Assembly (NCBI GenBank): GCA_964550035.1 | Contig: CAZJVU010000002.1 | Location: 19,653-83,652 of the forward strand | DNA from: an uncultured Candidatus Saccharibacteria bacterium | GTDB taxonomy: Bacteria; Patescibacteriota; Saccharimonadia; Saccharimonadales; EFPC-124 | Length of the DNA stretch: 64,000 bases | Direction of reading: 5' to 3' | Shown: piece after piece, positions 1-10,673 of the stretch | How the letters are laid out: each line of letters begins with the position of its first letter | Numbering within the stretch: the stretch's first letter is position 1 | Notes under the pieces: model-generated | Databases searched by the model: none | Told to the model about the DNA's origin: nothing | What the model saw: the letters and a program-made list of their open reading frames with translations, nothing else | Program-made: the position numbers and the translations under genes

Positions 1-163
1 CGGCTACATGGAATGTTTCGTTGGCAAATGTCGTTTCGCGCGCGTCGCTAGTAAGCACGAAGACGTCATGACCGCGCTCGCGCAGTGCAGTAACTTCGCG
101 CATCAGGAGAATCTCTGCGCCGCCTTCCGGCATGCCGATGTCGTGGACCATCAAGATTTTCAT
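1..163 (-). CDS. GT4 glycosyltransferase, N-terminal part (runs off window)
   Basis: Manual translation MKILMVHDIGMPEGGAEILLMREVTALRERGHDVFVLTSD...; GGAE and GHDV motifs of GT4 N-domain; ATG overlaps the upstream TGA. Confidence 0.85.
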   Translation of the reverse strand, partial: MKILMVHDIGMPEGGAEILLMREVTALRERGHDVFVLTSDARETTFANETFHVA

Positions 164-2541
164 TGCCAGATCTCCGTTTGACCATTGCTGTAGATTCGAT
201 GTTTATTGGCCTGCAGAAACTCCATCGGGAAGCGATAGGGAAGCTCATGACCATTGTAGAACACGAATGCTGCATTCTTCTGTAGGTTCGTACGATCGAC
301 AAAGACATAGCCTGTTTTGGTAATATTCTGTGGCAATACGTTGCCTACGATCCAGATAGGGCGCGTACCGAACGTGGCGATCTTGCGGCCAGCGAACCAA
401 TCAGCGTAGACCGGTATGGCGGGGTCGCCATGGGTCGAAAGCCAGTTGATAGCATCAACCTCGCTCTGATGTACATAGTAGATGTCATAATAGCGGCCTT
501 TATTATTCAGCGCCAATGCGGCTTCGCCGTAGCCAAGCATTTGGGGGACAAGGGGTGTCATAAGCGCACTGTAGAGGATGAATATACCGGCGGTGACCCC
601 ATACCACAATCGTTTTGTAAACAGTCGCGCCAGCACCATTGCGCCCACAACCGCCGGAATACAGAGGAACACCAAGAACTGCTGGTACGCTCGCATGACG
701 TCATAATCGATCGACATGAACGGCAGCGCCATGACCGCCACGAGCATCACAATATTTGCAGCGATCATAGCCTTCAGGCTGGTGCTGGCGCGCATCGTTG
801 ACGCAGCGAAGACAAGCCAGCACGCACCCACGATAATCAGAACCTTCATAATATTCTTGACCACGGTATCGGCAGTCGAAACGATGTCCACGACGCGCTC
901 CGGTGCTTGGCTATGTAGCTCTTCGTCGAGCGGCAAGTACGGTTGATATCCCGCATAGGCCTGCGGTGATATATGGGCTGCAGCGTCAGTATCGCCTGTA
1001 TCGTGAGTAGCCGTCACAAAGTGGTCGGTAAGTGTTTTGTCGTCCAGCTCTTTCTTACCAAGAACGGTAAATTCCGACGACGTACTGTTGTGGTGCTGTG
1101 TGTCCAGCACACTCAGCGTCGAGCCGAGGAACTTCTGGATGTTATTAGCCGTACCTGTTACGCCCACGTTCCACACCAAGATGACAACCACCAGCCCCAA
1201 TACCATCGGCCAGCTCGGCAGATAGAGCGGATGAGTGCGCTGACGCTCATATGCCAGTGGCGTCTCAAGCCTAGGAAAGCGCCGAAGAAGCGGCATCGCC
1301 AGACGGCTGGAACGGCGATAAAACTTCCGTGCCGGCGCAGAGCACATGACCCGCGCTACAAACAGCACCGCCACCGCGACATATACCGTCGAGTAGTGCG
1401 ACAGTACGAGCGCAACGCCGAACATACCGAACAGCGCCAATCGCTGCCGGCGCACCAGTGTGCGGTTGGTCATGATCAGGGCCAATAGTCCGTAGAAGAA
1501 AAAGGCAATTTCCTGCCGCGTCATAAAAGCAAGGTCGCGCAGGAACGGCACTTGCCCGATAAAGAAAATTGCCGCCAAGAAAGCCAGCCGAGGCGTTAAG
1601 TAGCGCCGCGCCAACATATAGACTGTCACCGGCATCGCCGCAAATATCACCTGAAACAATCCACGCAAAATATACTGGTCAGGTACATGCAGAAGCAGCC
1701 CACTCAGCATAGTCGGCAGCATCGTAATACTCAGGCACGCATTATACGCATCCTGCAGATACGACATGCTCCAGTTGAGATGCTCCTTTGTGATCTCGAA
1801 TACATGGTATTCCATAAGCACATCGTGGCCGGACAGAATCCAGCCGCGGAGTGACGTCATCAGAAGGATGCTTAGCCCAATGAAGAACAAAGTGTACGGA
1901 TACAGCGACGGTGGTACGCCCCGACGAAGCGCGAGGAGTACAATAATATTCACCAGGCACAAAACAAGTGCCGTGAGCGACAAAACATTCGACCCACCAT
2001 TGTTGAGTATGAATGTTCCCGCGATACCGCAGGCAAGTATGCCAAGCGGCAGAACATACAGAAACGCCTTCAGCCCAGACATACGACTATACTGCCTGCT
2101 GAGCTCAAAACTCAGCCCAACAGACACGCGCCGCCTATGCACGATCCCCAGCAGCAAAAGGTTGCTCGCGACCACGGCGAACTGCACAAACAACGGACGA
2201 AGGGGTTCAGATACGCCAAAGAGCGATAGAAAAATCGTCAGCCCCAGCCCAACCCCATACAGCGTCGCGATGCTCGCGCCAAGACTGTATACGAGCTCTT
2301 CCGCAAAACTCACCGTGCGAACACCAAGCACCCGAAGAAGCAAAAAACCCGGAATGACAAGCGAGCTCACGACGCCCAATAACACAGCGCCAACCGACCC
2401 CACATAGTCCGTCAAGAACGAGGCAAACACATACAAGGCCAAGACTACCGTGATAGCCTCAATCACTTGTCGATGTGCAAGCTCGCGTCTAGGCACGCCG
2501 GCTCCTCGTTCCCGCAATAACGCCAACGAGCATGCCCGCAT
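160..2541 (-). CDS. Large polytopic membrane protein, DUF2206-like (GT-C-like); true start probably near 2496
   Basis: Many TM segments; GHDVLMEY, RQEIAFFF, SHYSTVY and IYSNG motifs; inside a GT operon. Confidence 0.75.
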   Translation of the reverse strand: MRACSLALLRERGAGVPRRELAHRQVIEAITVVLALYVFASFLTDYVGSVGAVLLGVVSSLVIPGFLLLRVLGVRTVSFAEELVYSLGASIATLYGVGLGLTIFLSLFGVSEPLRPLFVQFAVVASNLLLLGIVHRRRVSVGLSFELSRQYSRMSGLKAFLYVLPLGILACGIAGTFILNNGGSNVLSLTALVLCLVNIIVLLALRRGVPPSLYPYTLFFIGLSILLMTSLRGWILSGHDVLMEYHVFEITKEHLNWSMSYLQDAYNACLSITMLPTMLSGLLLHVPDQYILRGLFQVIFAAMPVTVYMLARRYLTPRLAFLAAIFFIGQVPFLRDLAFMTRQEIAFFFYGLLALIMTNRTLVRRQRLALFGMFGVALVLSHYSTVYVAVAVLFVARVMCSAPARKFYRRSSRLAMPLLRRFPRLETPLAYERQRTHPLYLPSWPMVLGLVVVILVWNVGVTGTANNIQKFLGSTLSVLDTQHHNSTSSEFTVLGKKELDDKTLTDHFVTATHDTGDTDAAAHISPQAYAGYQPYLPLDEELHSQAPERVVDIVSTADTVVKNIMKVLIIVGACWLVFAASTMRASTSLKAMIAANIVMLVAVMALPFMSIDYDVMRAYQQFLVFLCIPAVVGAMVLARLFTKRLWYGVTAGIFILYSALMTPLVPQMLGYGEAALALNNKGRYYDIYYVHQSEVDAINWLSTHGDPAIPVYADWFAGRKIATFGTRPIWIVGNVLPQNITKTGYVFVDRTNLQKNAAFVFYNGHELPYRFPMEFLQANKHRIYSNGQTEIWQ

Positions 2542-3427
2542 CGCGCGCCGCCATAACGATCGGCGTCGCGAGGATCAGCCACCACCGCTTGCCCGATCGA
2601 AGCGCCGCTGGTGTCCGACGCGACCACAGTCCCGCCAGCAGCACCAATCCAGCTACCGCGAACCAGCCATTGAGCAGTCCCGCGAGTAACCATGTGATTG
2701 AAGTGACGTAGATAGCACCGAGCGCCGCGTACTGCATGAGGAACATGCCAGCCTCGCCACTGCCGATGCTATTGCGTTTGTGCACCTTGTAGACACGCTT
2801 GAGCGTTTCGGCGCCGTGGTACCAGGACACGACTGCGGTTGGCACAAATGTCGGTTTGTAGTACTTGTGCAGCTCAAGGAAGAAAAGCGTATCTTCGCCA
2901 GCAAGCGTCAGGTTTTCCGGATAGCCATGGACTTTTTCCCAGGCGAGTTTTGCGAAGGCAACGGTACGACTCGAAAGTTCAGTTTCGTTCATCTCGGCCG
3001 AGCGAGTTGTTGCATCATACAGCGCAGCGTAGCTCTGCCCAACCCAGGTTTGGCCCACGGGCTTGGTCACGCCATACGCAACCATTGCCGCTCCAGATAG
3101 GAGCGGCTTCGTGATATCAGCGAGCCAATCCTTGACGAGCACACAGCCGCCATCGGTCACGGCGATGATAGTTCCTTTGGCCTGAGCAATCGCCACATTA
3201 CGTCCGCGCGAGATGTTAGCGCCTTTCTCGACTACGATCGTGGTTGGGATGCCGCTTGTTTTGCCCCAAGCTCTCAGGAATTTCACCGTCGCGTCCCTTG
3301 AGCCAGCGTCACAGACGACAACTTCGTCAGGCTTGATTGTTTGTGAAGCAATCGAATCGAGCAGTGCCGGCAAGGTCACGGCTTCGTTAAACGTCGTGAA
3401 GATCAGCGATACAGACTGACGTTTCAT
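2489..3427 (-). CDS. GT2 glycosyltransferase
   Basis: VVCDAGSRDAT, RGRNVAI, GEDT motifs; C-terminal TM helices; start MKRQSV overlaps the upstream stop. Confidence 0.9.
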   Translation of the reverse strand: MKRQSVSLIFTTFNEAVTLPALLDSIASQTIKPDEVVVCDAGSRDATVKFLRAWGKTSGIPTTIVVEKGANISRGRNVAIAQAKGTIIAVTDGGCVLVKDWLADITKPLLSGAAMVAYGVTKPVGQTWVGQSYAALYDATTRSAEMNETELSSRTVAFAKLAWEKVHGYPENLTLAGEDTLFFLELHKYYKPTFVPTAVVSWYHGAETLKRVYKVHKRNSIGSGEAGMFLMQYAALGAIYVTSITWLLAGLLNGWFAVAGLVLLAGLWSRRTPAALRSGKRWWLILATPIVMAARDAGMLVGVIAGTRSRRA

Positions 3428-5238
3428 GATTCCGCCTCCACGTCTCGATTCGAGACGCGCCGCACAACGTCCATGTACTGCTCGACGAGCGTTGGCCACG
3501 CGTATAGACGCTGCACTTTCTGGTACGCGCGGTTACTCAGCTTGGCGGCTTTGGCCGGGTCATCAAGCACGCTTCGAATCGCCTCACTCATTGCACGCAC
3601 GTCTGATGGCGGGACGATCAGCCCGGTCTTTTTATCCTCGATGACCAACGGAATACCCCCAACGTTCGTGCCAATAACCGGCACACCACAGGCCATTGCC
3701 TCGATCATAACCATGCCGAAGCTCTCGGTCTTGCCCGTGCTTGGTAGCACAAACACGCTGGCGTTTTGATACTGGCGGACGAGCGCTTTGCCATGGAGCA
3801 CGCCATGGTACACAATATTTGGCGCCGATGATTGCGAGGCAACTTCACCCACAACATGCAGCGTCACGTCAGGCATGCCAGCGACCGCTTGCTCTAGATC
3901 AGCCAAGCCTTTGTTGCCACTCACCGCGTTGCCGACAAAGAGTACGCGTTTACCGGTCGGCATGTGTGTCGGTCTGATAAAGAGCGTCGTATCGACGCCG
4001 GGTGTGATGGTGACTGACTTGTGCTGGTAGCGGGTCAAAAATGTGTGGCGTACAAAGTCAGACCCAGCTACGACCATATCCGCCTTCCGAAAGGCGATAG
4101 GCAAAACACATGTTTCGTACAACCAAATGAGTACATCCTGAGCAAAGCGGCCTTTTCGCATCGAACCCGCATGGTAGGTTGCGACAATCGGTAGGTCGCC
4201 GGCCGCCGCGATCGTCATGTCTGCGAGGTACGGTACGGGGGCGTGCGTCGTAATGATACTCGGTTGCTCCTTGCGGATGATGCGCCGAATGTTCCAATAC
4301 CAGCCGAGGCCAATTGGCGTTTGTGACAACGTAAACGTCGGCTTCAATCGGTAGACTCGTGCGCCATTCTCTTCGCGGATAGATGCACGGTCGCCGCTGA
4401 GTGCTGACGTTACTATCACGACATCGTACCCATGGTGCATTGCACCTTTGGCCATCTCTGCAGCGTAGCGTTCGACACCGCCTGTTTTGGGTGGAAAGTA
4501 GGGGGTCGCGATGAGGAGCTTGGGCTTGACCGCTGCCGGCAGCTCACCATTTGTTATGTAGCGAACGTTCTTTTTGCCGGAGATATAGCGCAGTACAGCT
4601 TCGAGCTTTTCCCAGTCGCCATGGCCATCGACCTCCCACGAATGACCCCAGAGATGAAAGATTCCGCCTTCCTTCTGGACCTTGTCGAACATTGCCTTGG
4701 CAAGGTTTTCCCAGTGGAAGTAGTAGGGGACTTTGAACGGATTATAGCGAGCAAACTTTAAGATCTTCCAGAGGTCTTGGTAGTGATTATAGGTATTGAC
4801 GCTGGTGTGTGACTCCTGCAGTGGACCGCGCAGGCCAAAATAAAACCGCTTCACCGTCCGCGCGTACGCAAACCCAACTTCGGCCGCCATTTTGACATGG
4901 TGCTTGAGGTAGTTACCGCCGGGATAGCAGAAGCTCGTCACTGGTTTGCCGATAACGTTTTCGAGGAACTTCTTGGATTCACGCATTTCGCGCCGCGCCT
5001 GTGCATCGGTGACGGCCGTGAGGCGCGGATGTGTCATGGTATGCGCGCCAATTTCAAATCCATCTGCTGCAATCTCTTGGATCTGCGCAGTGGTCAGGCG
5101 ATCGGCCTTTTTGATTTCATGATCGCGCGGCGACACGTAGAATGTGCCGGGCATATTGTATTTCTTGAGGAGCGCGGCGAGTCGAACATCGAGCTTGTGG
5201 CCATCGTCCCAGCTGGTTGTGACAATTACTTGTTTCAT
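3424..5238 (-). CDS. Polysaccharide deacetylase (CE4/NodB) fused to GT4 glycosyltransferase
   Basis: TTSWDDG, EIGAHTMTHP, FCYPGG and LWGHSWE, followed by PYFPPKTGGVE and ESFGMVMIEAMACG. Confidence 0.9.
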   Translation of the reverse strand: MKQVIVTTSWDDGHKLDVRLAALLKKYNMPGTFYVSPRDHEIKKADRLTTAQIQEIAADGFEIGAHTMTHPRLTAVTDAQARREMRESKKFLENVIGKPVTSFCYPGGNYLKHHVKMAAEVGFAYARTVKRFYFGLRGPLQESHTSVNTYNHYQDLWKILKFARYNPFKVPYYFHWENLAKAMFDKVQKEGGIFHLWGHSWEVDGHGDWEKLEAVLRYISGKKNVRYITNGELPAAVKPKLLIATPYFPPKTGGVERYAAEMAKGAMHHGYDVVIVTSALSGDRASIREENGARVYRLKPTFTLSQTPIGLGWYWNIRRIIRKEQPSIITTHAPVPYLADMTIAAAGDLPIVATYHAGSMRKGRFAQDVLIWLYETCVLPIAFRKADMVVAGSDFVRHTFLTRYQHKSVTITPGVDTTLFIRPTHMPTGKRVLFVGNAVSGNKGLADLEQAVAGMPDVTLHVVGEVASQSSAPNIVYHGVLHGKALVRQYQNASVFVLPSTGKTESFGMVMIEAMACGVPVIGTNVGGIPLVIEDKKTGLIVPPSDVRAMSEAIRSVLDDPAKAAKLSNRAYQKVQRLYAWPTLVEQYMDVVRRVSNRDVEAES

Positions 5239-5246
5239 AATCTTCC

Positions 5247-6374
5247 TTACTTCCGCACCATTTCGTATGCTTGCTGCAGCTCCGTGACCACGTGACCCCA
5301 GGTAAAATGCTCGGCCGCGTAGGCCACAGAATACGCCGACATACGCTCACGCAGCGCGTGGTCGCTCAGCAATTCGCCTATGGCTTGCTTCACCGAGGCA
5401 GCAGTTGGCTGGCGGAGCATGCGCACGAGTGACTTATCGAGCTTGTAGCTTGCGTATCCTGGATCGTCCGTAGTGATAATCGGCAGCCCTGAGGCCATCG
5501 CTTCCTGTACAGACAGCGGAAAACCTTCACCCGTCGATGGCAGTACGAACAGATCGGCTGTGCGATACACTTCGGCCAGCTCATGCTGCGGCAATTTGCC
5601 CAGCGACGTGACGTGTTCTGGCAGGGGTTCACTTGTGTCGCCGCCGGCCAGAACAATGCGATACTCGGGGCTTGCCGCGGCAAGGACTTTATCGAAACCT
5701 TTCTTTGCCACGAAGCGCCCCACGAACAAGATGATCGGGCCGTCGGTGGGCAAGCCGAATTTCTGGCGAGCCTGAACTTTCTGCCTCGCGGTTGCAGGGA
5801 AGAACAGATCAGGATCGATGCCATTTGGCATACGCTGAATCTTGTGGTCGGCGACCTGGCGGCTAAGCAAAAACGCGTCGACGTCGTCATTCAGCGTAAA
5901 AATCTTGGAGCTCTTGCCGAACAAGAACCGACCAGTTGTGGCGTATACCATTTTCTGTGCTGCGTTCACCATACCAATCTTGTGCTGCACCTGCATAATG
6001 TGTTGCGTCAGTACTAGCGGCTTGCGAAAAACCCACGCGCTAAGCCCCGCAGCCAGTGACGACAGATAGAACACGTCATGCGCGTGCACGACATCGGCAT
6101 GGCGAACTGCGCGCGCAGCCTCCCATAAAAGTCGCGGCGAAAAGAGTGGCTGCGGCACACCGAATTTCTCGAGGGGATTAAGCGCCCCAACCCGAACAAC
6201 TCGCACGCCATCTTCGACGCCAGAAACCTCATGGCGGCTAACCTTGCTTGTGATAACCGTGACGTCGTGGCCGAGCGCGCTGAGCCGTTTAGCATGGTTT
6301 TGCGCCACCAACTCAATACCACCCGTATGTGGTGGGTAGTAATGAGTAGCGATAACGATCCGGCGACTAGACAC
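5247..6374 (-). CDS. GT4 glycosyltransferase
   Basis: YYPPHTGGIE, FVGRFVAKKG, EGFPLSVQEAMASG. Confidence 0.92.
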   Translation of the reverse strand: MSSRRIVIATHYYPPHTGGIELVAQNHAKRLSALGHDVTVITSKVSRHEVSGVEDGVRVVRVGALNPLEKFGVPQPLFSPRLLWEAARAVRHADVVHAHDVFYLSSLAAGLSAWVFRKPLVLTQHIMQVQHKIGMVNAAQKMVYATTGRFLFGKSSKIFTLNDDVDAFLLSRQVADHKIQRMPNGIDPDLFFPATARQKVQARQKFGLPTDGPIILFVGRFVAKKGFDKVLAAASPEYRIVLAGGDTSEPLPEHVTSLGKLPQHELAEVYRTADLFVLPSTGEGFPLSVQEAMASGLPIITTDDPGYASYKLDKSLVRMLRQPTAASVKQAIGELLSDHALRERMSAYSVAYAAEHFTWGHVVTELQQAYEMVRK

Positions 6375-6385
6375 TGCGAGGCCTG

Positions 6386-7108
6386 TTACTTTACAGCCTG
6401 AGGAGTTACCGGCGTACGAACACCTTTGCGGAGTGAGATACGCTTCTTAAACAGCTGCGTGCCATTACGGAAACCGTCTTTGAATGTGCCGAGCTTCGTC
6501 TCGCCCATACGTGGGCGATAGGCGATCGGCACTTCGTCGCAGCGAAAGCCCTTGGCGTACGCTTCGATTTTCAACTCCTGAGAGAAGGGCATGCCGCCCG
6601 CCACAACATCCAGGAGTGGCCAAATAGAACGCTTGAAAATCCACATACCCGATTGCGAATCATTGAATGATACGCCGAACAATACCTTCGTTGTCGCGCT
6701 GAGTACCTTGTTGCCAAACACATGCAGGCGAGTCATCGCAGCGGGGTCAAGCGTCGCCATGCGATCAGTTGTAATAAAATCGAGATCATTCTCGGTCAAG
6801 TGATTGACGAGCGAAATAATTTCATTAAATGGATAGGTCATGTCGGCATCACCAGTCACAACGACATCACCTGTCGCGTTGGCAAATCCAGCCTTATATG
6901 CGTTTCCGTACCCTCGCACAGGTTGCACGATTACCCGCGCGCCCGCTTTCCGCGCGATATCCGCGGTTCCGTCGTTGGAGCCATTATCGACGACTAATAC
7001 CTCCAGCTCGTAGCCAAGGTCTTTAACTTTTGTGCTCGTAACTTCTTTGATGACATCACTGATGCCTGCAGCTTCATTTAAAGCTGGTATGACGACTGAA
7101 ATTTTCAT
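6386..7108 (-). CDS. GT2 DPM1-like polyprenol-phosphate glycosyltransferase
   Basis: VIPALNE, VDNGSNDGT, DADMTY, DSQSGM, YRPRMGETKL. Confidence 0.9.
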   Translation of the reverse strand: MKISVVIPALNEAAGISDVIKEVTSTKVKDLGYELEVLVVDNGSNDGTADIARKAGARVIVQPVRGYGNAYKAGFANATGDVVVTGDADMTYPFNEIISLVNHLTENDLDFITTDRMATLDPAAMTRLHVFGNKVLSATTKVLFGVSFNDSQSGMWIFKRSIWPLLDVVAGGMPFSQELKIEAYAKGFRCDEVPIAYRPRMGETKLGTFKDGFRNGTQLFKKRISLRKGVRTPVTPQAVK

Positions 7109-7605
7109 ACAGTCCTTTCTAGCCAGTAGTTTATTGTTTCGTCTCTGCCCACAAGCGTAATCTGCACCAAGCCCTGGCTATTTCCGGCTGGCACGATGAC
7201 GTGAGGCGTCATGGTTTGCGATTGCTGATCCGCCAAAGTAACAGACCCCTCGCCGAGGATGACGGTCCCTCGCGAATCGGTAAAGCTTATGCGATAGGTG
7301 TACGTGGCGGCGCGACCTTCGAGGTCGTGAATCACAAAACTGAGGGGCAAGGCGTCACCAGTTCGCCCGTGTTGACGCTGAACCGCACCGGTAAAGTATA
7401 GCTCCGTGAGACCGCGTGAGCGCCCCGAGTCAGCCATACCCAAACCATTTGCGACGCTCGTCGGCAAAAGCGACATGGCCACAATCAAAAAGATAGTGCC
7501 GGAAGCTAACACGCTGGCCCAACGAGTTGTACCCGTAGGCATTGTAAGCACAGCGCCAATTCGCCTTGTACGAGGCTTTGTCATGGTAGCTCCATCTTTA
7601 CCCAC
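7105..7605 (-). CDS. Membrane-anchored Ig-like protein, DUF1616-like
   Basis: N-terminal TM, then LTELYF...FVIHDLEGRAATYTY; first gene of the GT operon. Confidence 0.6.
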   Translation of the reverse strand: MGKDGATMTKPRTRRIGAVLTMPTGTTRWASVLASGTIFLIVAMSLLPTSVANGLGMADSGRSRGLTELYFTGAVQRQHGRTGDALPLSFVIHDLEGRAATYTYRISFTDSRGTVILGEGSVTLADQQSQTMTPHVIVPAGNSQGLVQITLVGRDETINYWLERTV

Positions 7606-7897
7606 CAGCCGCGCGACATGCGCAACAGATCGTTTGCTTTTACTTCAGAAACTAACATTATTTAGATACGCTTGGCAAGCATTTCTGACAATTTTGTGTA
7701 AAAAACGCTAGACAAAAAATATCATTTGTTATACCGAGTATAGCGATACTACTTTATTCATACAAGCAGAAGAGTAGCTAGCGCGCCCGCGCACGCCGCG
7801 CCTGGGCCGGCTGTCAACAGGACCGTACCTTTATAGGGCACAGCCGCGTACGCGTCAATAATTTTGGCCGTACCGACCACAGCGTTATACTCAAAAT

Positions 7898-8425
7898 ATG
7901 AAATTACGACGCGACTGGACCGACCGCACAGGACGATTAAGCACGATCGACCTCGAGCTTCTGGCTGATACGCTCAAGGAGCGAATCTATGCTTCGCTCG
8001 CTATCCTGGCAGTGCTGCTCACGATTGATCCAGCGCATAGCACCGCGGCGCACGCCGCGACCATCATCGGCGGCACGGCACTCTCGCTGTGGCTTGCGAG
8101 TATCGTCAGCGCTCAGATGGCGCATCGTATGGTTTTTGGGCGACCAGACACCGCAAGAATCGAGAAGGAACGGCAGCGCCATGCGCCGCTGCTAGCGTCG
8201 GCTGCGCTACCGCTCATACTCGTTGGGCTGTCGAGTATTCACATACTATCGCTGGAGCGGGCGATCACGATCTCTATTTGGACTATTTTGCTTTCGCTCA
8301 TTCTGTGGTCTGTTTCGTCAGCGCGATCGATGCGCGCTTCGGGGCTGGCGACGCTTGTGCTGGCGGGGATTTCGCTGCTGATTGGACTTGGGGTGGTGGC
8401 GATTAAGGCTATATTGACTCATTAG
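7898..8425 (+). CDS. Small polytopic membrane protein
   Basis: About 5 hydrophobic segments; LKERIYA start motif. Confidence 0.7.
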   Translation: MKLRRDWTDRTGRLSTIDLELLADTLKERIYASLAILAVLLTIDPAHSTAAHAATIIGGTALSLWLASIVSAQMAHRMVFGRPDTARIEKERQRHAPLLASAALPLILVGLSSIHILSLERAITISIWTILLSLILWSVSSARSMRASGLATLVLAGISLLIGLGVVAIKAILTH

Positions 8426-8474
8426 AAGAAACATTATATAATCATCAGGTCTCGCGAACCTACCATTTGGAGGA

Positions 8475-8861
8475 ATGGTGACACGGATCGACCCGAAGCC
8501 AGGCATTGTGTATGTTGGCCTTGGTCCTCGTTTCGACGGTGAAAGCGCCGGCAACCAGCCGGTGCCCACCGACATGCAACCCGACGTCATCGGCGTCTAC
8601 GTTGGCGGCTGTATCGGAACCGGACTCGGCTTGCTCAAAGGCAATGCACATGCCCATGCGCACGCCTTTAGAAACGATCCGCATCGTGGCTGGGTATGCT
8701 TCCAACATCCCGACGACCTCAACAATGAGGCAACACGGATGCACGAGCTCGCGCACATTCGCACAGGTCACGGCCACACCGACAAGTGGCGCGCTGAAAT
8801 GGTGCGCCTTGGGCAGCCAATAACTCCTCGTTACCAGCGCCGACAGAAGAAGCGTTCGTGA
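8475..8861 (+). CDS. Small zincin (SprT/YgjP-like) metalloprotein
   Basis: HELAH...GHGHTDKW motif; GGAGG RBS. Confidence 0.7.
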   Translation: MVTRIDPKPGIVYVGLGPRFDGESAGNQPVPTDMQPDVIGVYVGGCIGTGLGLLKGNAHAHAHAFRNDPHRGWVCFQHPDDLNNEATRMHELAHIRTGHGHTDKWRAEMVRLGQPITPRYQRRQKKRS

Positions 8862-8971
8862 GCATCGAGCGGCCGAAAGGTCGCTCAGCTCCATGATCTT
8901 ATATATCCAAGCGCATGAGCGTGCTGCGCGATTAGCAATAGCGGTTTGAGTTGTGCGATAATAGACGCATC

Positions 8972-10609
8972 ATGAAGCGTCCAATTGCCGATGACAGCAC
9001 CTACTACCGTGATGTGATGCGGATCTTGCGCGTGGCAGGGACGTTCCTGCCGCTTGCGATTGTGCCCGTTGGGCTCTTGGTGAGAGACGGCCTGCTTGAT
9101 AACAGCTTCTACCTTGGCGATGCCTGGTACGGCGCGCTCTCGATCGCGTTATTTGCGGTGGCGCTGCTGCAGTACTTTTTGACGCGGTATCGTCCGACAC
9201 CAGAGAATTATTTGTTTTTGACGGTGGCATATCACGTCTTGGGTGTAGCGTTTATCTTGACGGTGAGTGGCTTCCTCAACCCGATTATCATCTGTTGGAT
9301 TGCGCTGATGCTGGCGGCAGATACGTACTTTGGCACGATCGCCTTTGTGCTCAGTGCGGCTTGTCTGGCGATCACCGGTATCGTGACGTTGCCGCTGCAT
9401 GGTATTAGCGCGAATGAATACGCGCAGGTGCTGTGGTACTGCGCGTTTATTATTGGTGTCGGATTTACAGTGTCACGGATTCGCACGGTGACCGACCGTG
9501 AGCGTATTGCGCTATACAAGAGTCGCGAGGATGTAAACTTCCAGCGCGAACGGCTCATCACGCTGGTCAATAGCATGGGTGACGCCGTGATCGCGACCGA
9601 CGAAGACGGCGAGATCAAGATTTACAATGCGGCCACACTGAACCTCCTCGACACCAACGCGTCACTGACGAATAAAAAGATCGACCGCATTCTCCACCTC
9701 TACAACGAAGACGGCAAACGCGTCCGAGCGCTCGACCAAATTCGCGCTAAGAAAACAGTTTTCTCGCGCACTGACCTCGTGCACAAATTCAACGATGGCG
9801 AACAAATGAACCTCTATGTCAACTTCGCACCGATTCAGCTGAGCTATCAGGGAGCGGGTGATAAGGGGTTCATCTTCATCCTGCGTGACATCACCAAGGA
9901 GAAATCACTCGAAGAAGAGCGTGACGAATTCATTTCAGTCGTTAGCCACGAGCTCCGCACGCCGGTTGCCATCGTGGAAGGAAATATCAGCAATTTGCTC
10001 GTCTTGCAGAGCCGTGGCGCTGATCAATCGGTTCTGGACCACGCCCTCCAGGATGCGCATGACCAGACACTGTACCTTGCCAAAATGATCAACGACCTCA
10101 GCACGCTCTCGCGCGCTGAGCGTGGTCTGGACAGCGCCATCGAAGACATCGACACGAGCGCACTTCTGACTGAAATGTACAAGAACTACGCTGATCCAGC
10201 CCATAAGAAAAACCTCAATCTTGATCTCGACCTCCAGCCCAACCTGCCACACGTCCACACCAGTCGACTGTACCTAGAGGAAGTGCTCCAAAACTTCCTC
10301 ACCAATGCCATCAAATACACCAAGTCGGGTAGCGTCACACTCATCGGTCACAAGACCAAAGAAGGCGTGTACTTCGCGGTCAAAGACACGGGCATTGGCA
10401 TCAGCAAGAGCGATCAGCGACATATCTTTGAGCGATTCTGGCGCTCGGAGGATTACCGTACGCGCGAGACCAGCGGCACCGGACTTGGGCTATATGTCAC
10501 CAAAAAGCTAGCCGGCAAGGTGGGCGTTGATATCAAGTTCGAATCGCGACTGAACCACGGGTCGACATTTAGTTTTGTTCTCGAAACCAAAGACGAGCAG
10601 ACAAAATAA
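8972..10609 (+). CDS. Membrane PAS sensor histidine kinase
   Basis: TM region, PAS, SHELRTP H-box, NAIKYT, DTGIGI, GTGLGL. Confidence 0.93.
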   Translation: MKRPIADDSTYYRDVMRILRVAGTFLPLAIVPVGLLVRDGLLDNSFYLGDAWYGALSIALFAVALLQYFLTRYRPTPENYLFLTVAYHVLGVAFILTVSGFLNPIIICWIALMLAADTYFGTIAFVLSAACLAITGIVTLPLHGISANEYAQVLWYCAFIIGVGFTVSRIRTVTDRERIALYKSREDVNFQRERLITLVNSMGDAVIATDEDGEIKIYNAATLNLLDTNASLTNKKIDRILHLYNEDGKRVRALDQIRAKKTVFSRTDLVHKFNDGEQMNLYVNFAPIQLSYQGAGDKGFIFILRDITKEKSLEEERDEFISVVSHELRTPVAIVEGNISNLLVLQSRGADQSVLDHALQDAHDQTLYLAKMINDLSTLSRAERGLDSAIEDIDTSALLTEMYKNYADPAHKKNLNLDLDLQPNLPHVHTSRLYLEEVLQNFLTNAIKYTKSGSVTLIGHKTKEGVYFAVKDTGIGISKSDQRHIFERFWRSEDYRTRETSGTGLGLYVTKKLAGKVGVDIKFESRLNHGSTFSFVLETKDEQTK

Positions 10610-10620
10610 GTTCATTTCTT

Positions 10621-10669
10621 TCGCTTCTGGGCGCCCACGTGTTTTAGCACGGAGGCGCCCAGAAAGCGA
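10621..10669. terminator. Hairpin between convergent genes
   Basis: tcgcttctgggcgcc...ggcgcccagaaagcga inverted repeat. Confidence 0.7.
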
Positions 10670-10673
10670 CAGT

